Positions 42,582 through 62,719 of a stretch of 64,000 nucleotides of DNA are shown here, piece after piece. The position numbers and the translations under genes are program-made. The notes below the pieces were generated by a model that saw nothing but the letters and a program-made list of their open reading frames with translations, did no database searches and was not told the origin of the DNA. This DNA is from the human T2T-CHM13v2.0 reference genome, Homo sapiens: the NCBI RefSeq assembly GCF_009914755.1, contig NC_060926.1. The stretch is one strand, 5' to 3'. Within the stretch, counting starts at the first letter, position 1. Every line of letters starts with the position of its first letter.

Positions 42582-43121
42582 AGTATTAATCAGAGTTCTC
42601 CAAAGAGACAGGAGCAATGGGATATATATGTAGAGAGAGAGAGATGACAGGGGATTAAGGGGATTTGCTCATGCAATTATGGAGGCTGACAAGCCCCATG
42701 TCAGGTATTCTGCAAGGTGGGGACCCTGGGATGCTGGTAGAAAGGTCTCAGAAACAGAAAAAATGATGGTGTAACTCAGCAGAGACTGAAGGCATGAGAA
42801 CCCTGGAGGCCTCTGGTGCAAGCCTGAGATTTCAAAGCCTGGAGAACCTGGAGTTCTGTCCAAGGGTAGGAAAAGAAGGGTCTCCCAGCTCCAGCAGATA
42901 GAGCAAGAATTCACCTTTTTTGCCTTTTCATTCTACCTGGGCCCCCAGCTGATTGGATGGTACCTATCCACATTTAGGACAGAGCTTTCCACACAGTTCA
43001 CTGACGCACAGCACAATCTCTCCTGGAAACACCCTCACAGACACATCCAGAAATAGTGCTCTATTATTTTTCTAGGTTTACCTTAATCCAGACAACTTTT
43101 CACCTAAAATTAACCGTCTTA
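42582..43121 (-). mobile_element. MLT2 (C/D-like) ERVL 3' LTR
   Basis: gtattaatcagagttctcc...caattatggaggctgacaag...ggaaacaccctcacagacacatccagaaata...aaaattaaccgtc. Confidence 0.9.
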
Positions 43122-43133
43122 AGTCCACCCTTC

Positions 43134-43424
<291 letters not shown>

Positions 43425-44711
43425 GGCCCACCTTTTGTTGACTTGACACCCATACACTACTCTTTAAGTTATATTTAATCTCCAAATAATGACAATAACA
43501 AACTAATATTTCTGCTTAACATAATAAAACTATAGTTTTAGTTTGGGTGTACAACCAAAATGCATGAATCCCTTCCACAGAAGAGGAAGTAAAGTCTTTA
43601 GGTGATGTTCACTCTTTTCCTGATATCCCTTGACCTAAACACTATGATGTAAAATTAACAGTACTTAAATACTAATGGAAAGCCAATAATTCTTATATTA
43701 TATGATAAAGATATAATACAGGAATAAAAAAAGACATTTGCTTGATCCACATATATGTACTTGCAACATATTCATAACAGAGTAGGGAGGAATACTGCTG
43801 ACAATTTCTGTCCTTGTTTCTGTAATTCGTCCTGTGGTCATAGCCAGTATTTATAACCATCTTCTACTCCATTCCATATTTTCTTTGCCTTCAGAAAGCA
43901 CCTCAGCTAACCATGTTTCTTTACATGGCAGGGTGACCTAGACCTTCATTTCTAAAGGGGCTGGGCCATTTGAAGTCCTGCCTGGATTGGGTTGTTGCAA
44001 TTTCCATTGACCTTAATCACAGAGCATGGTAATTCTAAGAGACGCCCAAAGATATCTTCTGTATTCCAGGCATGCTCTTCTTACCTCTATTGTGGAAAAA
44101 TGGTCCAATTTGCCCTTGGTAACCTGAGTTAGTCACTCCAGCCAATACTGGAACTCCTTTTTTAGTCTTTTGACTCAGAGGCATGAAGAGTCCAAAGTAA
44201 CAAAGTGATAATCCTTCTGGTAGAAACATCTCTCCCTCTAGAACTGAGACCTCTGGTCCAGCAGAGGTCTCATGGAACCAGGAATAAATAAAGTCATGGA
44301 ACCAGGAAGTCAGTTGGCCCCATGGATCAGTAGCGGTAATGATGAGTGGTGCCAATCTCATTTCCACTCCTTGATACCTGGGCCCATGAATCTTGGTTAT
44401 CAGAGAAAAAAAAAACACCATATATTGGCTGCTGATTCAGAACATACACAGCCTTCTAGAAAACCTACACAGCCTTCTAGAAAACCTACACAGCCTAAAC
44501 ACTACAAAAGACTGAGAACCCTGGGAACTTGTTACCTAGCTGACACTAGAACTGTATCTTCAAAAGGCCAACCCCCCCAAAGAAATTTGTTCCAGATTGA
44601 TGAGGAACATGATAAGACCAGTGGATTCCATAAACACGAACACATTGCCACACCTCTTTGCCTGTGAAGTAATATCCTTGGTCAGAAGAAATGCTGTATG
44701 GAATGTCTCAA
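43425..44711 (-). pseudogene. Decayed ERVL internal region: integrase core/C-terminus, dUTPase-like segment and 3' untranslated region
   Basis: Minus-strand peptides IHGPRYQGVEMRLAPLIIT...MPLSQKTKKGVPVLAGVTNSGYQGQIG match ERVL IN C-terminus/dUTPase; reverse complement of 44640-44710 matches the HGIPHSIASDQG region. Confidence 0.85.
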
Positions 44712-45099
44712 TAGTGAATAGGATGACCCATTCTGTGGATACCAGTCAGCCTATTTCCCCAGCCTTGCCTGTCATCGCCCAATGGGCTCATGAATAAAGT
44801 GCCCGTGGTGGCAGCATGGAGGTTATGCATGGGCTCAGCAATATGGACCTCCACTCATCAAGGCCAACCTGTCTGTAGCCACCACGGAGTGCCAAATCTA
44901 CCAGTAGCAAAGACCAAAACTGAGCCCTGTTATGACACCATTTCCCAGGGTGATCAGCCAGTTACGTGATGGCAGGCTGATTATGCTGGACAACATCCAT
45001 AATGGAAGAGGCAACATTTTGTGCTTACTAGAATGGACATTTACTCTGCATATGGATTGGCCTTTTTTGCAAGCAACAGTTTTGCCAAAACTACCACCA
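44712..45099 (+). pseudogene. ERVL integrase N-terminal half (HHCC region to first catalytic Asp), inverted relative to the rest
   Basis: Plus-strand VNRMTHSVDTSQPISPALPVIAQWAHE*...GYAWAQQYG...TTECQIYQ*QRPKLSP...LTRMDIYSAYGLAF...AKTT, with stops and frameshifts. Confidence 0.88.
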
Positions 45100-45109
45100 G
45101 TTCAGTTAT

Positions 45110-45840
45110 AGAATTCCCAATAACCCCTCAACATCTTAATGCACTCCTTAATGCATCAGCTCAAACTCCAAAATCCAGAGTCTCATCTAAATTAGACATG
45201 GGTGAGAAAAAAGGCACTAGTCACCCTGAGGCAAATTTTCCTCCAACTGAGTCTGTGAAATTGAACAAGTTATCTGTTTTCAAAATACAATAGTAAAACA
45301 GGCTTAGGATAGACATTCCCTTTCCAAAAGGGAACAACAGGAAAGAAGAAAGGAGTAACAGTTCTCAAGTAAGCCCCAAAACCAACAGGGCAAACAGTAT
45401 TACGTGTTAAGACTTCAGAATAATCTTTTTCTCCATGTGCCACCTTCTGGACACACTGGGGCAGGGATTGGGCCCCCGAAGCCTCAGGCAGCCCCACTCC
45501 CATGGTTTTGCTGGGCTCAAGCCATGCCATGGCTCTCCCAGGATAGAGTTGCACACCAGTAGCTCTATAGTTCCAGGGTCTCTACAGTGGCCTTTACCCC
45601 AGTTCTGCTGGGCATTGCCCTAACAGGGACTCTCTGCAGAAGCTAGACCCCAACAAAAGTCTCTTCCTGGGCCCCAGGGCTGTCCAAGACATCCTTTGGA
45701 ACCAGGTGGAGGAGGCCATGCCCCCAAGCTTCTTCATTCTGGGCATCTCAGAGTTAGCACCATATGGACCCACCAACATTTACCGCTTGCATCTTCTGAA
45801 GCAGCAGTCTGAGTTGTGCCAGGATGGCTTGAGCCGGCTT
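45110..45840 (-). mobile_element. MaLR (MST-type) internal sequence
   Basis: tccaaaatccagagtctcatct...caagttatctg...aaaatacaat...cattccc..tccaaaaggga...ggcagccccactcccatggttttgc, as in THE1/MST-int. Confidence 0.8.
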
Positions 45841-45842
45841 GA

Positions 45843-46182
45843 GATTTATGCCTTACAGTTCTGGAGGCTGGAAAGTCCAAGATCAAGGGGCCCACATCTG
45901 GTTAGGCCCTTTGTGCTACGGCCTTCCATGGTGCAAGGCAGAAGGGCAAGAGACGGTGCATGCGCACGTGAAACAGAGAGAGAGAGAGCGGCCAAACTTG
46001 TCCTTTTACCAGAAACCCATTCTCACAATTACTAACCTACTCCCTTGATGATCTCATAAATCTACGCAAGTGGGCAGAACCCTCATGGCCTAACCACCCC
46101 AAAGGTCCCATCCTTCCACACTGTTGCACTGGGGATTAAGTTTCCAACACATGCTTCGGGAGTATACCTTCAAACCATAGCA
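45843..46182 (-). mobile_element. MSTC/D-like MaLR LTR (partial)
   Basis: acagttctggaggctggaaagtccaagatcaagg...ggggattaagtttccaacacatg...caaaccatagca. Confidence 0.88.
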
Positions 46183-47239
46183 CCATTTCCCAAGAGAAGA
46201 CAAGACTCAATACTAAGTTGCACTCTGTCCCCTGAACCTTTTATTAAGTGGCCCAATCTCTACCTCTAGGCACTATACATAATAAAATTCATCTCCCTCA
46301 TACTTAAGTTCATCATTCTCATACTTGAGGAAAATATAATCTTCTCTTCTTGAAATAAAAATTCAGCTCCTTCAAATACTCTTCATCTGACTTGATAGTC
46401 ACAAAAATGTGTTTTTAGCGGCCAGCACATTCAAAACAGCAGTCAGTGTCCAGAACTGCATATGGAGTTGCTTAGAATGTCAGATCCAATCTGTTTTAAC
46501 CCTATCACACACCAAAATTGGTTCTACTACAAAATGAATACCTGATATTAGCTGTTTACTTTTTAGTCACACAGAAACAGAAGTTGTGGACCAACTAAAT
46601 AAAGGTGCTTTTTGATTAACGTAATGTTAACTGTATCACATAATATATTTTTACCCTTCTATCTGCCCTCCTTGCTCACCCCACCTGTCACCTATCAACC
46701 GGACACATCATCTCTTCTTCAGCTTTCCGATGACCTTAGATGTAACTGTGGCCACTCTTCCTGATTACTGTCTGTTGAAAAAAAAGAGAGGAATTTCTAG
46801 AAATGGATTGCACTGGAAGTTTCTTCATGAGTTTATCCATCACCTCTCCTTTATAAAGTACCTGACAGCAGCTATGATTTTTTGAACAATGACTGAAGAA
46901 AAGATTACAAGAAATATTTGTAATAGTGCGGACCATTAATAAGAAGTTATCTTTATAATCAGAAAAAAAGTTGTGTTTTATTAGGTATATGACACTTTCC
47001 AGAAAGCTTTAATATGTTATCACGAATTAAAACATGGTATAGATCCTACACAGATTCTGTGAAAACAAGCTGCACCTAATTTCTATCTACAAGTAGAGTT
47101 TCTGCAATTTCTGAAAAGCCAAGCCAAGGCCGACACTTAAATTTACAGGCACTCGAACCCCTTATGCCACTTGAGGCACCAAATCATTCACTTCTTCCTT
47201 CTGTCAAGGTATTTAACACTCTACTGGAATTCTGTTCCA

Positions 47240-47362
47240 TTTTTCTGCTTTGCTGACTCATTGAGTGTGAGGACGATGTCTGCTTTACTATGGGTTACTT
47301 AGCACCTATTGCAGAGCCTGACATATACTAGTATGCAGTAAATATTAATAAATGAATGAAAA
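47240..47362 (+). mobile_element. L2 3' end
   Basis: agcacctattgcagagcctgacata...aaatattaataaatgaatgaa. Confidence 0.6.
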
Positions 47363-47444
47363 ATTATTGAAAGTTATGAGTTTTTATAGCACCACAAATC
47401 CATAATCAAAAGTGTTTCCAAAATATGTCTCTACTAATTTACCC

Positions 47445-47479
<35 letters not shown>

Positions 47480-47481
47480 GT
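47445..47481. repeat. (TG)n microsatellite
   Basis: Direct reading of the sequence. Confidence 0.9.
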
Positions 47482-47929
47482 TTTTCCTTTATAGGGTATC
47501 CTCATAGCCTTACTGTGAGTAAGCTGACCCCAGGGGACTCCTACAATAGCACTTTCTGCAATGCTTTCTACCTCCCAATAGCACTCTGATACCACGTGAA
47601 GCTAGAATCTGCCAAGGCTGAAATGGAACCACAGAACCTTTAGCCTTTTCTGGGATCAGGTAGAGAACAGGACAGCAGGGTCACAGCAAGGCAGGATGGC
47701 TTGCCTGAGAGGGCATTCTGGAGTTCTCGAAAGTTTCCTGTCAGTGAAAGAGTAATAGCAATTCCTCTTTAGATCAAAAAGAATTGTCTAATACATCAGT
47801 GCTCATGTGCTTTACCTGAACCTCTCCTTTCTGTTGGGTAGCAGAGATGGAAAGTGTGAAGCAACGAAAATCCAGGATATCTTCCAAGTCTTCCCCAGAA
47901 CCAGATCACACCAGGTGTCAACCATGGTT

Positions 47930-48405
47930 CAGATCCTATGCTAAGTGATGGATGAACACAGAGGTCCTGACACTCTGGGAATCCATGGTGTAAACCAGTA
48001 ATTACAATATAAAGTGTCTAAATTCTACACTGGAAGTAGCAGGGAAGAAGAATTGAAGAACCAACCAATTGGACTGGGCAGGTAAAAAAGACACACTAGC
48101 AATGATGGGGATCACGTGGAGAGGGAAAGGATGCAAGAACAAGTACAAAAATATGGAAGTGCAGAGGTCGCCTGGTTCTCAGGGTTCTTAGCAATGAGTT
48201 CATTATGATTGGAAAGCAGGGCGGTAGGCAGGGTGATGGAGAGCATGTGACTGGACTGGAAAAGATAGGTCAGAGCCGAGATTGGGAGAAGTATCAGGGC
48301 AGCAGGCTCTACAGTGGGGAGCTGGGAGTCCTGACGGAGGGCGATGGGTGCTGGGCATTTCAGGCAGGACCGAACAGTTATCCATTGTACTTCCAGCAGG
48401 GCTCC
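47930..48405 (-). mobile_element. L2 relic
   Basis: taattacaatataaagtg...ggactggaaaagataggtcagagcc resembles reverse-complement L2. Confidence 0.45.
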
Positions 48406-49169
48406 AGAGCCAAGCTCATGGATCAATCATCACATGCCTACATTAACCCATACGTGTGGGATCATCTGTCCTCTTAAGAGATGTAGCAGCAAGCTATATT
48501 TTTTTCAAAAACCCTTATGCAAACATTTTTCACCAAGTAAATTCTGATGTGTTAAAAAAAAATAGTATTGATTAAGGTGGCCTCTACATTTCCTTCAAAT
48601 TTCAACAGTCCCAAAGTATTGGTGACCTGCCAATAAACAGAACAGTAATGATTTCCCTGGCATGTTTCACAACAGTTTTGTCTGCCTCTCTGGTCCTCGA
48701 TCATACATTTGTTTTATTATGTTGCATATTTGAATCTAAGAGCATTATTCTCACAACTGCAAATGTTGGCATTATTCTCTGTGGTCAAGAAAATGTATTT
48801 AAATAAAATATTTTCCTCTTGTTTTGCTGCTGAAATATGTACAGCTAACCTTTAGTTGTGATAAAAAGTATGTTTACTAATAGAGTCCAGAATTTGGGTT
48901 GCTCTAGTTTGTCTGTTAATTAAAGGATTTGGGGCTACCAGATATATTGTGTTAGTAGGTTTCTAAAGCATAAAAACCCCCAAAGCATGTAGTGCCTTGC
49001 AAATAATTTTACTACAAAGGGATTATGGAAATATATATATATGCTCTCTATATTCTGACACCCAGTTGTTAGTTCTCAGTTCATGGTATAGTTAGTTGGT
49101 GTAGAGTGACATTCAGATTTTTTATAGGTTATTAATAATAGCCTACAAAATTAATTACTGTACCTTGTA

Positions 49170-49716
<547 letters not shown>

Positions 49717-50692
49717 TTATTTACACTGCTCACATTTCTGGAAACATTTTGGCCTCAGCGAGTGATTTTACAGTTCTAAGGTGGCTTTTCTGAAGAAGAC
49801 CTCCTCAGTGGTCTCAGACGTGAGCCCCATATGAACCACGTATAGCAGAAATCACTCTGTTGACATACCCAAGCCTCAGTTAACCAATGAGTGCCTGCTG
49901 TCTTTTCCTACAGAAATAGAGTCATCTCTTATGGGATACCCAATGTTTAAATGTTGTAATTAGATATCAATTACTCTCAGTAGTCACTGTGTGCCTATGA
50001 AGCCTACACAGGGGGAAGCTTCCTGCAGCCCCTGATGTGTAAAGACTGGTGCTTTTCCAGTCTGTGTTCTGTGAGCTTCTGAAACTTTACCACAATGGTC
50101 AGTAATTTTTTATTCCTTTTTGTAACAATTTGTGAAGCGATTCCACTCTTAACTAGGTTTATAACGTGTATAAAAATGGTTAGTTGAAAAAGATACTTAA
50201 TCGTGACTAAATAACTGAAGCATAAATGCACAAACTGTAAGGAGAAATATGCAGCTAGAAATGGAGTGTAATACTTGCATGGGTATAAACAAAGAGTTGT
50301 TGCTTCTAAGCATGGGGTCTGAGATCTGTATTTCTAGCCCACTTTGGGTTAGTTCTTTTCTATTCTCCCATTAAAAAATTCTGAGTGGTTAAGTGATTTT
50401 CTACATAATAATCTGGTTTCTATTTACTGGCAACTTCCTTGTGTGAGGGCAAGTACAAATTGCACATAATATTTAATTTTTTTCTAAGCAATTCTTACAA
50501 GAATAGATGTTAAAGTGCAGAGTCTTTATGTTTTGATGAATTTACTAGCATGCCATTTTAGATTTGCAAGCAGGTCTAGTGAATTGAGGGGTGTGATTTT
50601 CCTCCAGTTTAGTGGATATCCTAATCAGAAATGCCACTGATTTCCCAGATTTTTTTTCTTTTTCCAAAGCAGGAGAATGCATTTTATATGCT

Positions 50693-51053
50693 TGATATGG
50701 TTTCATTCTGTGTCCCCACCCAAATCTCATCTAAAACTGTAATCCCCACGAATTAGGGAGGGACCTAGTGGGAGGTGAATGGATCATGGGCGTAGTTTCC
50801 TCCATGCTGTTCTCATGATATCAAGGGAGTTCTCACAAGATCTGATGGTTTAAAAGTGGCACTTCCCCCTTGCTCTCTCTCTCCTGCTGCCATGTAAGAC
50901 ATGCCTTGCTTTCTCTTAATCTTCCTGCCATGATTGTAAGTTTCCTGAGGTCTCGCCACCCATATGAAATTGTGAGTCAATTAAACCCCTTTTCTTTATA
51001 AATTACCCAGTCTCAGGTAGTTCTTCATAGCAGTGTGAGAATGGACAAATACA
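50693..51053 (+). mobile_element. THE1D-like solo LTR
   Basis: tgatatggttt...tgtgtccccacccaaatctcatc...aaattacccagtctcaggtagttc...aataca; perfect 5-bp TSD atgct. Confidence 0.93.
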
Positions 51054-51089
51054 ATGCTGTTTGGGGGAATTAGAAAAACAAATTCCAGG

Positions 51090-52070
51090 TTGATGTCTCA
51101 CTCAAAAGCTAAGAAGTGAACTAAAGGGCTGAATATTATCCTTTAAAATATAAGAGTAGGCTTAAATTTTTGAAAGGGTGAAACTTCTTAAACAAGAAAC
51201 AAAATTCAGGACCTAGACAGAAAGAAGTTGGCCTAGTTGACTACTAAGCTAAAAAATAATAAAAAGCTTGGAGATAACAATTTGCAACATACAGAACAGA
51301 TGACACTTTATATATAACATATGTAAAGAGGTTCTACATATAAGCAAATAAAAGCCAGAAAAGTTGAGCAAAGAGTACAAATGGGAAATTTATTGAAGAT
51401 AAAACTTATTTTCTCATTGTACTTGCCAAAATTTAACATCTTCATGAAAAATCTATACTGGAAAGCATTTGAGAAGTAGGTGCTTTGGGGAAAGCTAATT
51501 TAAAGCAGCCTTCTTGGAGGGCAGCTTGGGGTCATTGATTGAAAAGATAAATACCTATCATTTTTGATCCAGAATTCCTTTTTTAGCACCTAACAGAAAT
51601 ACTTGTAGTTATATTCAAAGGAGCACATTTGTAAGGATGTCTAATACATTTATTATAAAAGCAAAAATTTGTGAACAGCTAAATTTATTGAAAGAGTAAG
51701 TGTCAAAAATACAGAATATTTTGTTTGAATTACCATTGAAAAGGTTTAGATTTAAATGTACTGACAAGAAAAAATTATCTAGGATATACATTTATGGAAA
51801 TAGAAACACATTGTGAAATCTTATATAGGGTATCACCAACTTGATATTTTATACAATAAATAGAAGGAAATACTAAGGTATGAATCTATATGCATATATA
51901 GAAGCCAAAGGGTATGTTTATAAGACACACAAAATTGTTAAAAGCTAAAATCTCTGAGGAGGAAAGTAGGCTGGGCGTTGCAGGAACAGTGGCAGGAGGA
52001 CAACGAGGAAATTGAAGCAACACTTTCCGTCGTTATTTTATGTATTTCTGCATTATTTTACAACTATAAG
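51090..52070 (+). mobile_element. Ancient L1ME ORF2/3' fragment
   Basis: cttcttaaacaaga...atttgcaacata...gagcaaagag...ttggagggcagcttgg...tttgatccagaattcc. Confidence 0.6.
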
Positions 52071-52286
52071 GTCAACGGTAGCATTCTGTCTTGGTAATTA
52101 TGTGATTTGTTCTTTTTTTCTGTAGCCCACTGGTTCAGAATATCCACAAAATCCAGCAGGGGTAGCAAACGCTCAGACCCATAGAAACAAGCTCGCGGAA
52201 ACTGAGTGGCTGAGATGGTCAGCACCGTCTTCTGACATGCGTTTTGAGAGAATCAGACACCATCCTGGACACGGAGAACAGGTTAA

Positions 52287-52765
<479 letters not shown>

Positions 52766-52774
52766 GTGGATGCT

Positions 52775-52880
52775 CCACTCTTACGATCTAACTGCCTCCT
52801 AAAGTCTGCACCTCCCAATACCATCACATTAGGGTGTCAACATGTGAATTTGGGGGGACATAAACTTTCACTCCATAGCA
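52775..52880 (-). mobile_element. MLT1A/MST LTR terminal fragment
   Basis: cacctcccaataccatcacattagg...caacatgtgaatttggggggaca...ccatagca. Confidence 0.7.
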
Positions 52881-53524
52881 TTTTTATAAATTAGATACAA
52901 CCACCACAGTAATAAATTTTTAAAAAAGATACGTGCCATACAGTAAAAAGACTCAAATAAAGCAATCGTGGAACTTGAAATGAGTGTATTAAAAGGTAAA
53001 GTCTCCATGATTGCGTCAATCCTTATCTCCACAATCTAATTAAAAGCTGTTTGAAGGAGACATACCTAAAACTGAGAGGCAACAACTTCATCAAAAGTTT
53101 GATGACGGATGCAGAGAGGCACAGCCCGGCATCCTTAACTAGGAAATGGGTGGCTGAAGAAGAATCTGTGTCCGCTCAGTAAAGTGTGCATCCCTGGCTT
53201 CTCTCACACATTCAGATACATTTTCTTACCAGAACATCACAGTAACTATCATTATTCTATCGAATTTAAAGAAAATCACCTCAAAGTCAAATAGCCAGTA
53301 AATCGCATAGTGGGGGCTCAAAACCAGGTTTTCTGCCTTCTCAAATCTAGAGCATAGTCAATAGTGTCTAACAACAAAATGAATGATGCCGTTTCTATCA
53401 TCTTTCTCAACATTCCACTAGACTTGGTATCACATCTGAGATATAAGATGGATTCAAAGTCACTATTCTTGCAATATCATTTAGAATGACATTGGACCAC
53501 ATTCTTAAAAGTTTGTAGATTTTT

Positions 53525-54212
<688 letters not shown>

Positions 54213-54502
54213 ATGGGGAACACTGTGTACATTTAGGAGGGAGTTGCTTACGTATCATTTCTCTTTTTTAACAAAATTACTAAGCAGGCAAAATAGAAAA
54301 AAAAAGTGTATTCTAGCATTGTTGATATTTTCCCTTGTGAAGTAGACTGCATTTGCAAGTTACAGTTTTACATGTTTAGAAAGATTCCTTTCTAAACATA
54401 GGAAGTCATTTACTCTCAAGCGACAGACACAGTACAGGTGCCTGTTAATACAGGACAGGAACAAACCTTCCTTCCTTCATGACCAATTAAGAAATTTCTA
54501 CC

Positions 54503-54824
<322 letters not shown>

Positions 54825-55989
54825 CTACCAACATATAGAACTCTTTAGTCAAACTAGATCCCCTGTAATGACAAAACTTACAACTACTTTCACTTGCGTT
54901 GGAAGCACAATTTCCTTAATGGTAAAAAAAATGTAGCTTCTGCCACTTTCTGTATTTAAACACAATTTCCGTTATTTTCACAGGATTTAACGTAGTCAAT
55001 ACAGTCAGTAACTCAACATTAAAGGCCAAGTTTTGTTTCTATTTTTTAAAATGATTTCTCACGAATAAAATAATTGATAATCTCAAAAGGAACCATAAAG
55101 TCTGATGACTGCCATATTAAAATTATAAATTCTCATCCCATTATTCTAACACATTTTGCTTCTATGCAATAGAAAACAACTAATCCAAACAATCTACGTT
55201 TTGCCAGGGGTCATGTCATCCAATGTCAAGGCAAATTGGCAGCTCTTATATGTTAACGGAATGTGTCACATCCTGAAGCCTATAGCCATGGAAACTGAAG
55301 ATGCTGCAAAGTTCAAATGTCTTCAGTTCCCAGATTCATTTCTCCATCGTCTAGAGGAACATATCTTTGAATTTCCGTGGAAAATAGTCCTGTTGTTTTG
55401 AACTGTTTCGCATAGATATCTCCTGGTGAATGGTAAAACATTGCCAAAGAACTGTGTGTATTTAGGAATAAGCTTCTAGAAAATATGAGGGTCTCATATT
55501 AATAAACTTCCTACCTGCCTCATACAAAAATTAGTGTGCAAATGTGTTCAAATAACCTTTGCGGAGCTTTCAATAAGCAAGTATTCAAACATGAGAAGGA
55601 TGTTAAAATATGTTTTCTTTCATAGGAAATGCAATAACAACTGAGTTTCAGATTCTTTAGCACTGTGAAAATTCAAGTTTATTCATTTTATCTGATGTCA
55701 GAAAAACTCAAATTGAATCACTTCAGATTTACAAATAATATAAATGTGGCAGCACAATGCTACAGCTATCCTCACTCTGTGTCTATATCTGAATCTATAT
55801 TTACACCTCCGTCTATAGATGTAGATAGGAATGTGGTATATATCACACTGTGTATAAGTGACAAGTACAATTGGCATTTTTAAGCGTCATGAATCATAAC
55901 TAAGTCTTCGCAGTTCCTCCCATTAAGTACTAACATCACGAAGAATTTCTACATAGAATGTATAAGTTTTATTTTACAAATTATTATTA

Positions 55990-60125
<4,136 letters not shown>

Positions 60126-60741
60126 TATATATGTATATGTATTTATTATATGTTAGATATGGTTTATATCATGAAAGGACAAAAGTAATAAGATATTCTG
60201 AATTGAGCATTAATACAAATTAGTTTTGTATAGAATTTTCATAATATTCATTCACTATTGACTTCCTGTTTGGTTAGTCTACAAAGACAAATTGAGATGA
60301 ACTGAAGAATATGGAATCTCTACTGAGAAATTGCTGTTAATATGAGTTGATTTAGGTGTGTATATCTGCTTATGAAAACCACCTCCACAGAACTGAAAAT
60401 ATCAGTGTTTTAACCTACTCAGGTTTTTACATTTAGGAGATAATAAAGAAATAAAGTTGAATCAACATATCCTATAATGTGGAAACTAAATTATATTAAA
60501 AACAGTAAATATTTTCATCAAAACATCAACAATTAAATAGCATGGTTATAAAGAAGGCAAGAATAACTGTTTCTAGTGATGTATAGCATTGAGTAAAATT
60601 TCAAAACTGAATACAACATACATTTAAAATTATTTCTACCAAACATTTCATTGCTCTGTAGCAAAGGGGGACTGTTTTGAGAATGGGAAATAATTCAGCA
60701 CAGATTTCATATCTTTATGGCAACATCACAAGTGTGCAGTT

Positions 60742-61137
<396 letters not shown>

Positions 61138-62272
61138 TCACAATTGACTATTGACAATTTTACTAAAGGCTTCCAAGTTGTTCAATGACCCAGCATTTAG
61201 AATTCATGCTTAGATTAATATCCACTCCAGCTGCAAAAATATAAAAGAAAAACAAACTCTTTTAAGTTTTGTAAAGTAAGTTCTAGAAGCTGGTAGAGAT
61301 TGAGAAGTTTCACTCTTTGTGTGATCAATTTTCACATTGAAAATATATTAAGATACAGTAATAGTAATGATGTAGGTAAAGTACGCAGCATGCCCTAAAA
61401 TTTTCATAAACATTGTTCAAGTCTTTATCAAAATGAATATGGCATAATCTGAGATGAAAAGCAGACAAGAGAATGCCAGGTTGCCTTCTCATTTTGTTTC
61501 ATGCTGGTTATGGCATTTCTTCTCTTCTTGAGGCAGCCAACCTCTATTCACAGAGTTACTTTTCTGTACTGACATCACCATGGGAGTTTTATAAACAGCT
61601 TCATTATGCCACAGGGAAGCTAAGTGGATGTGATATTGGATACTCCCCAATTGATAAATACTACAGATAACTCAATACACAACGTTCTTTTATGACCTGT
61701 TGCAGACCGGTATTTCAGGCTCTGTGTTAATGCTTCCTTCCCACCTGAAGTTTAACCAAACCACAAAAGGAAAAGAATTTTTTTGAAAAGCCCAAGATAT
61801 ACCCCCTTAGAAAATATAAACAAGGCTTAACATTTCAATGTCAATTTTCAATTCAATATTTTCTCATATTCTAAGTGGATGTGTTTAGTTGTATTTTCTA
61901 AATATTACACAAGATTAATACAACACATTTGTCTAAGCAGCATTCAGCTCACCCTTTTAAAGCCTCAAAAAGCATGCATATGTTTTAGGGTGAGAAATAA
62001 TGGCACACAATTTTTTTTTACATAAATTACATAAATTAAACAATATTATTACAAAAGTTTTATATTTTTAACCAAGTAAGTATAGCTTAATTTAGGGGAA
62101 AGTGGTAAGATTAGGTTGACTTTATGCTGCCTTCAGCTGAATTTTTGTGGGTGTTAATCAATGTGAATTTTTATTTTGGTCAATACCTGTAAGAAGAGAC
62201 CTTCTAAAGGCATATTCTCACTCAGAATTTTTGAGATGCCATTTTCAAATTTAAAAATTATACTTATTTGAA

Positions 62273-62274
<2 letters not shown>

Positions 62275-62307
<33 letters not shown>

Positions 62308-62352
62308 ACACGCACCCATGCACACACACGGGCCTGCCTGCACACGTGCACA
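62275..62352. repeat. (TG)n followed by an imperfect (CA)n tract
   Basis: Direct reading of the sequence. Confidence 0.85.
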
Positions 62353-62719
62353 CTCATGTATGTTTAAATTCTCTCAATCCCCCCCAAAGAAGTTGGAAAC
62401 ATTTGCGATATAATACAAATGCCAGATCCACATCTAAAAATATACGTTGAATTTAAAGATAATAAATAAAAGCTCCAAGAAGAATTCAAGCCAGATTTGT
62501 TTAATTTTATGCCACATAAATATTGAAAATATAATAGCACTCTCTCCTTCCTAGTCGTGTGTAACATAATCTGGTCTAGTGTTTCAAATTCTTTCTCTAG
62601 AAGCACTAATCAGTTACCTATGCTTTGAGCCAGGCATTATAAAAAGCAACCAAAGTGCTTTGCAGACTTTTCATTATTATCACATATCTCTCATTTTGCC
62701 AAGAATATTGTAATCATTT

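Noticed and set aside
43425-45099. ERVL integrase/dUTPase as a domesticated functional gene
   Set aside because: Multiple stops and frameshifts, damaged HHCC motif and an internal inversion.
52215-52232. REST/NRSE-like tcagcacc motif
   Set aside because: Only the left half-site is present; no GGACAG right half at canonical spacing.
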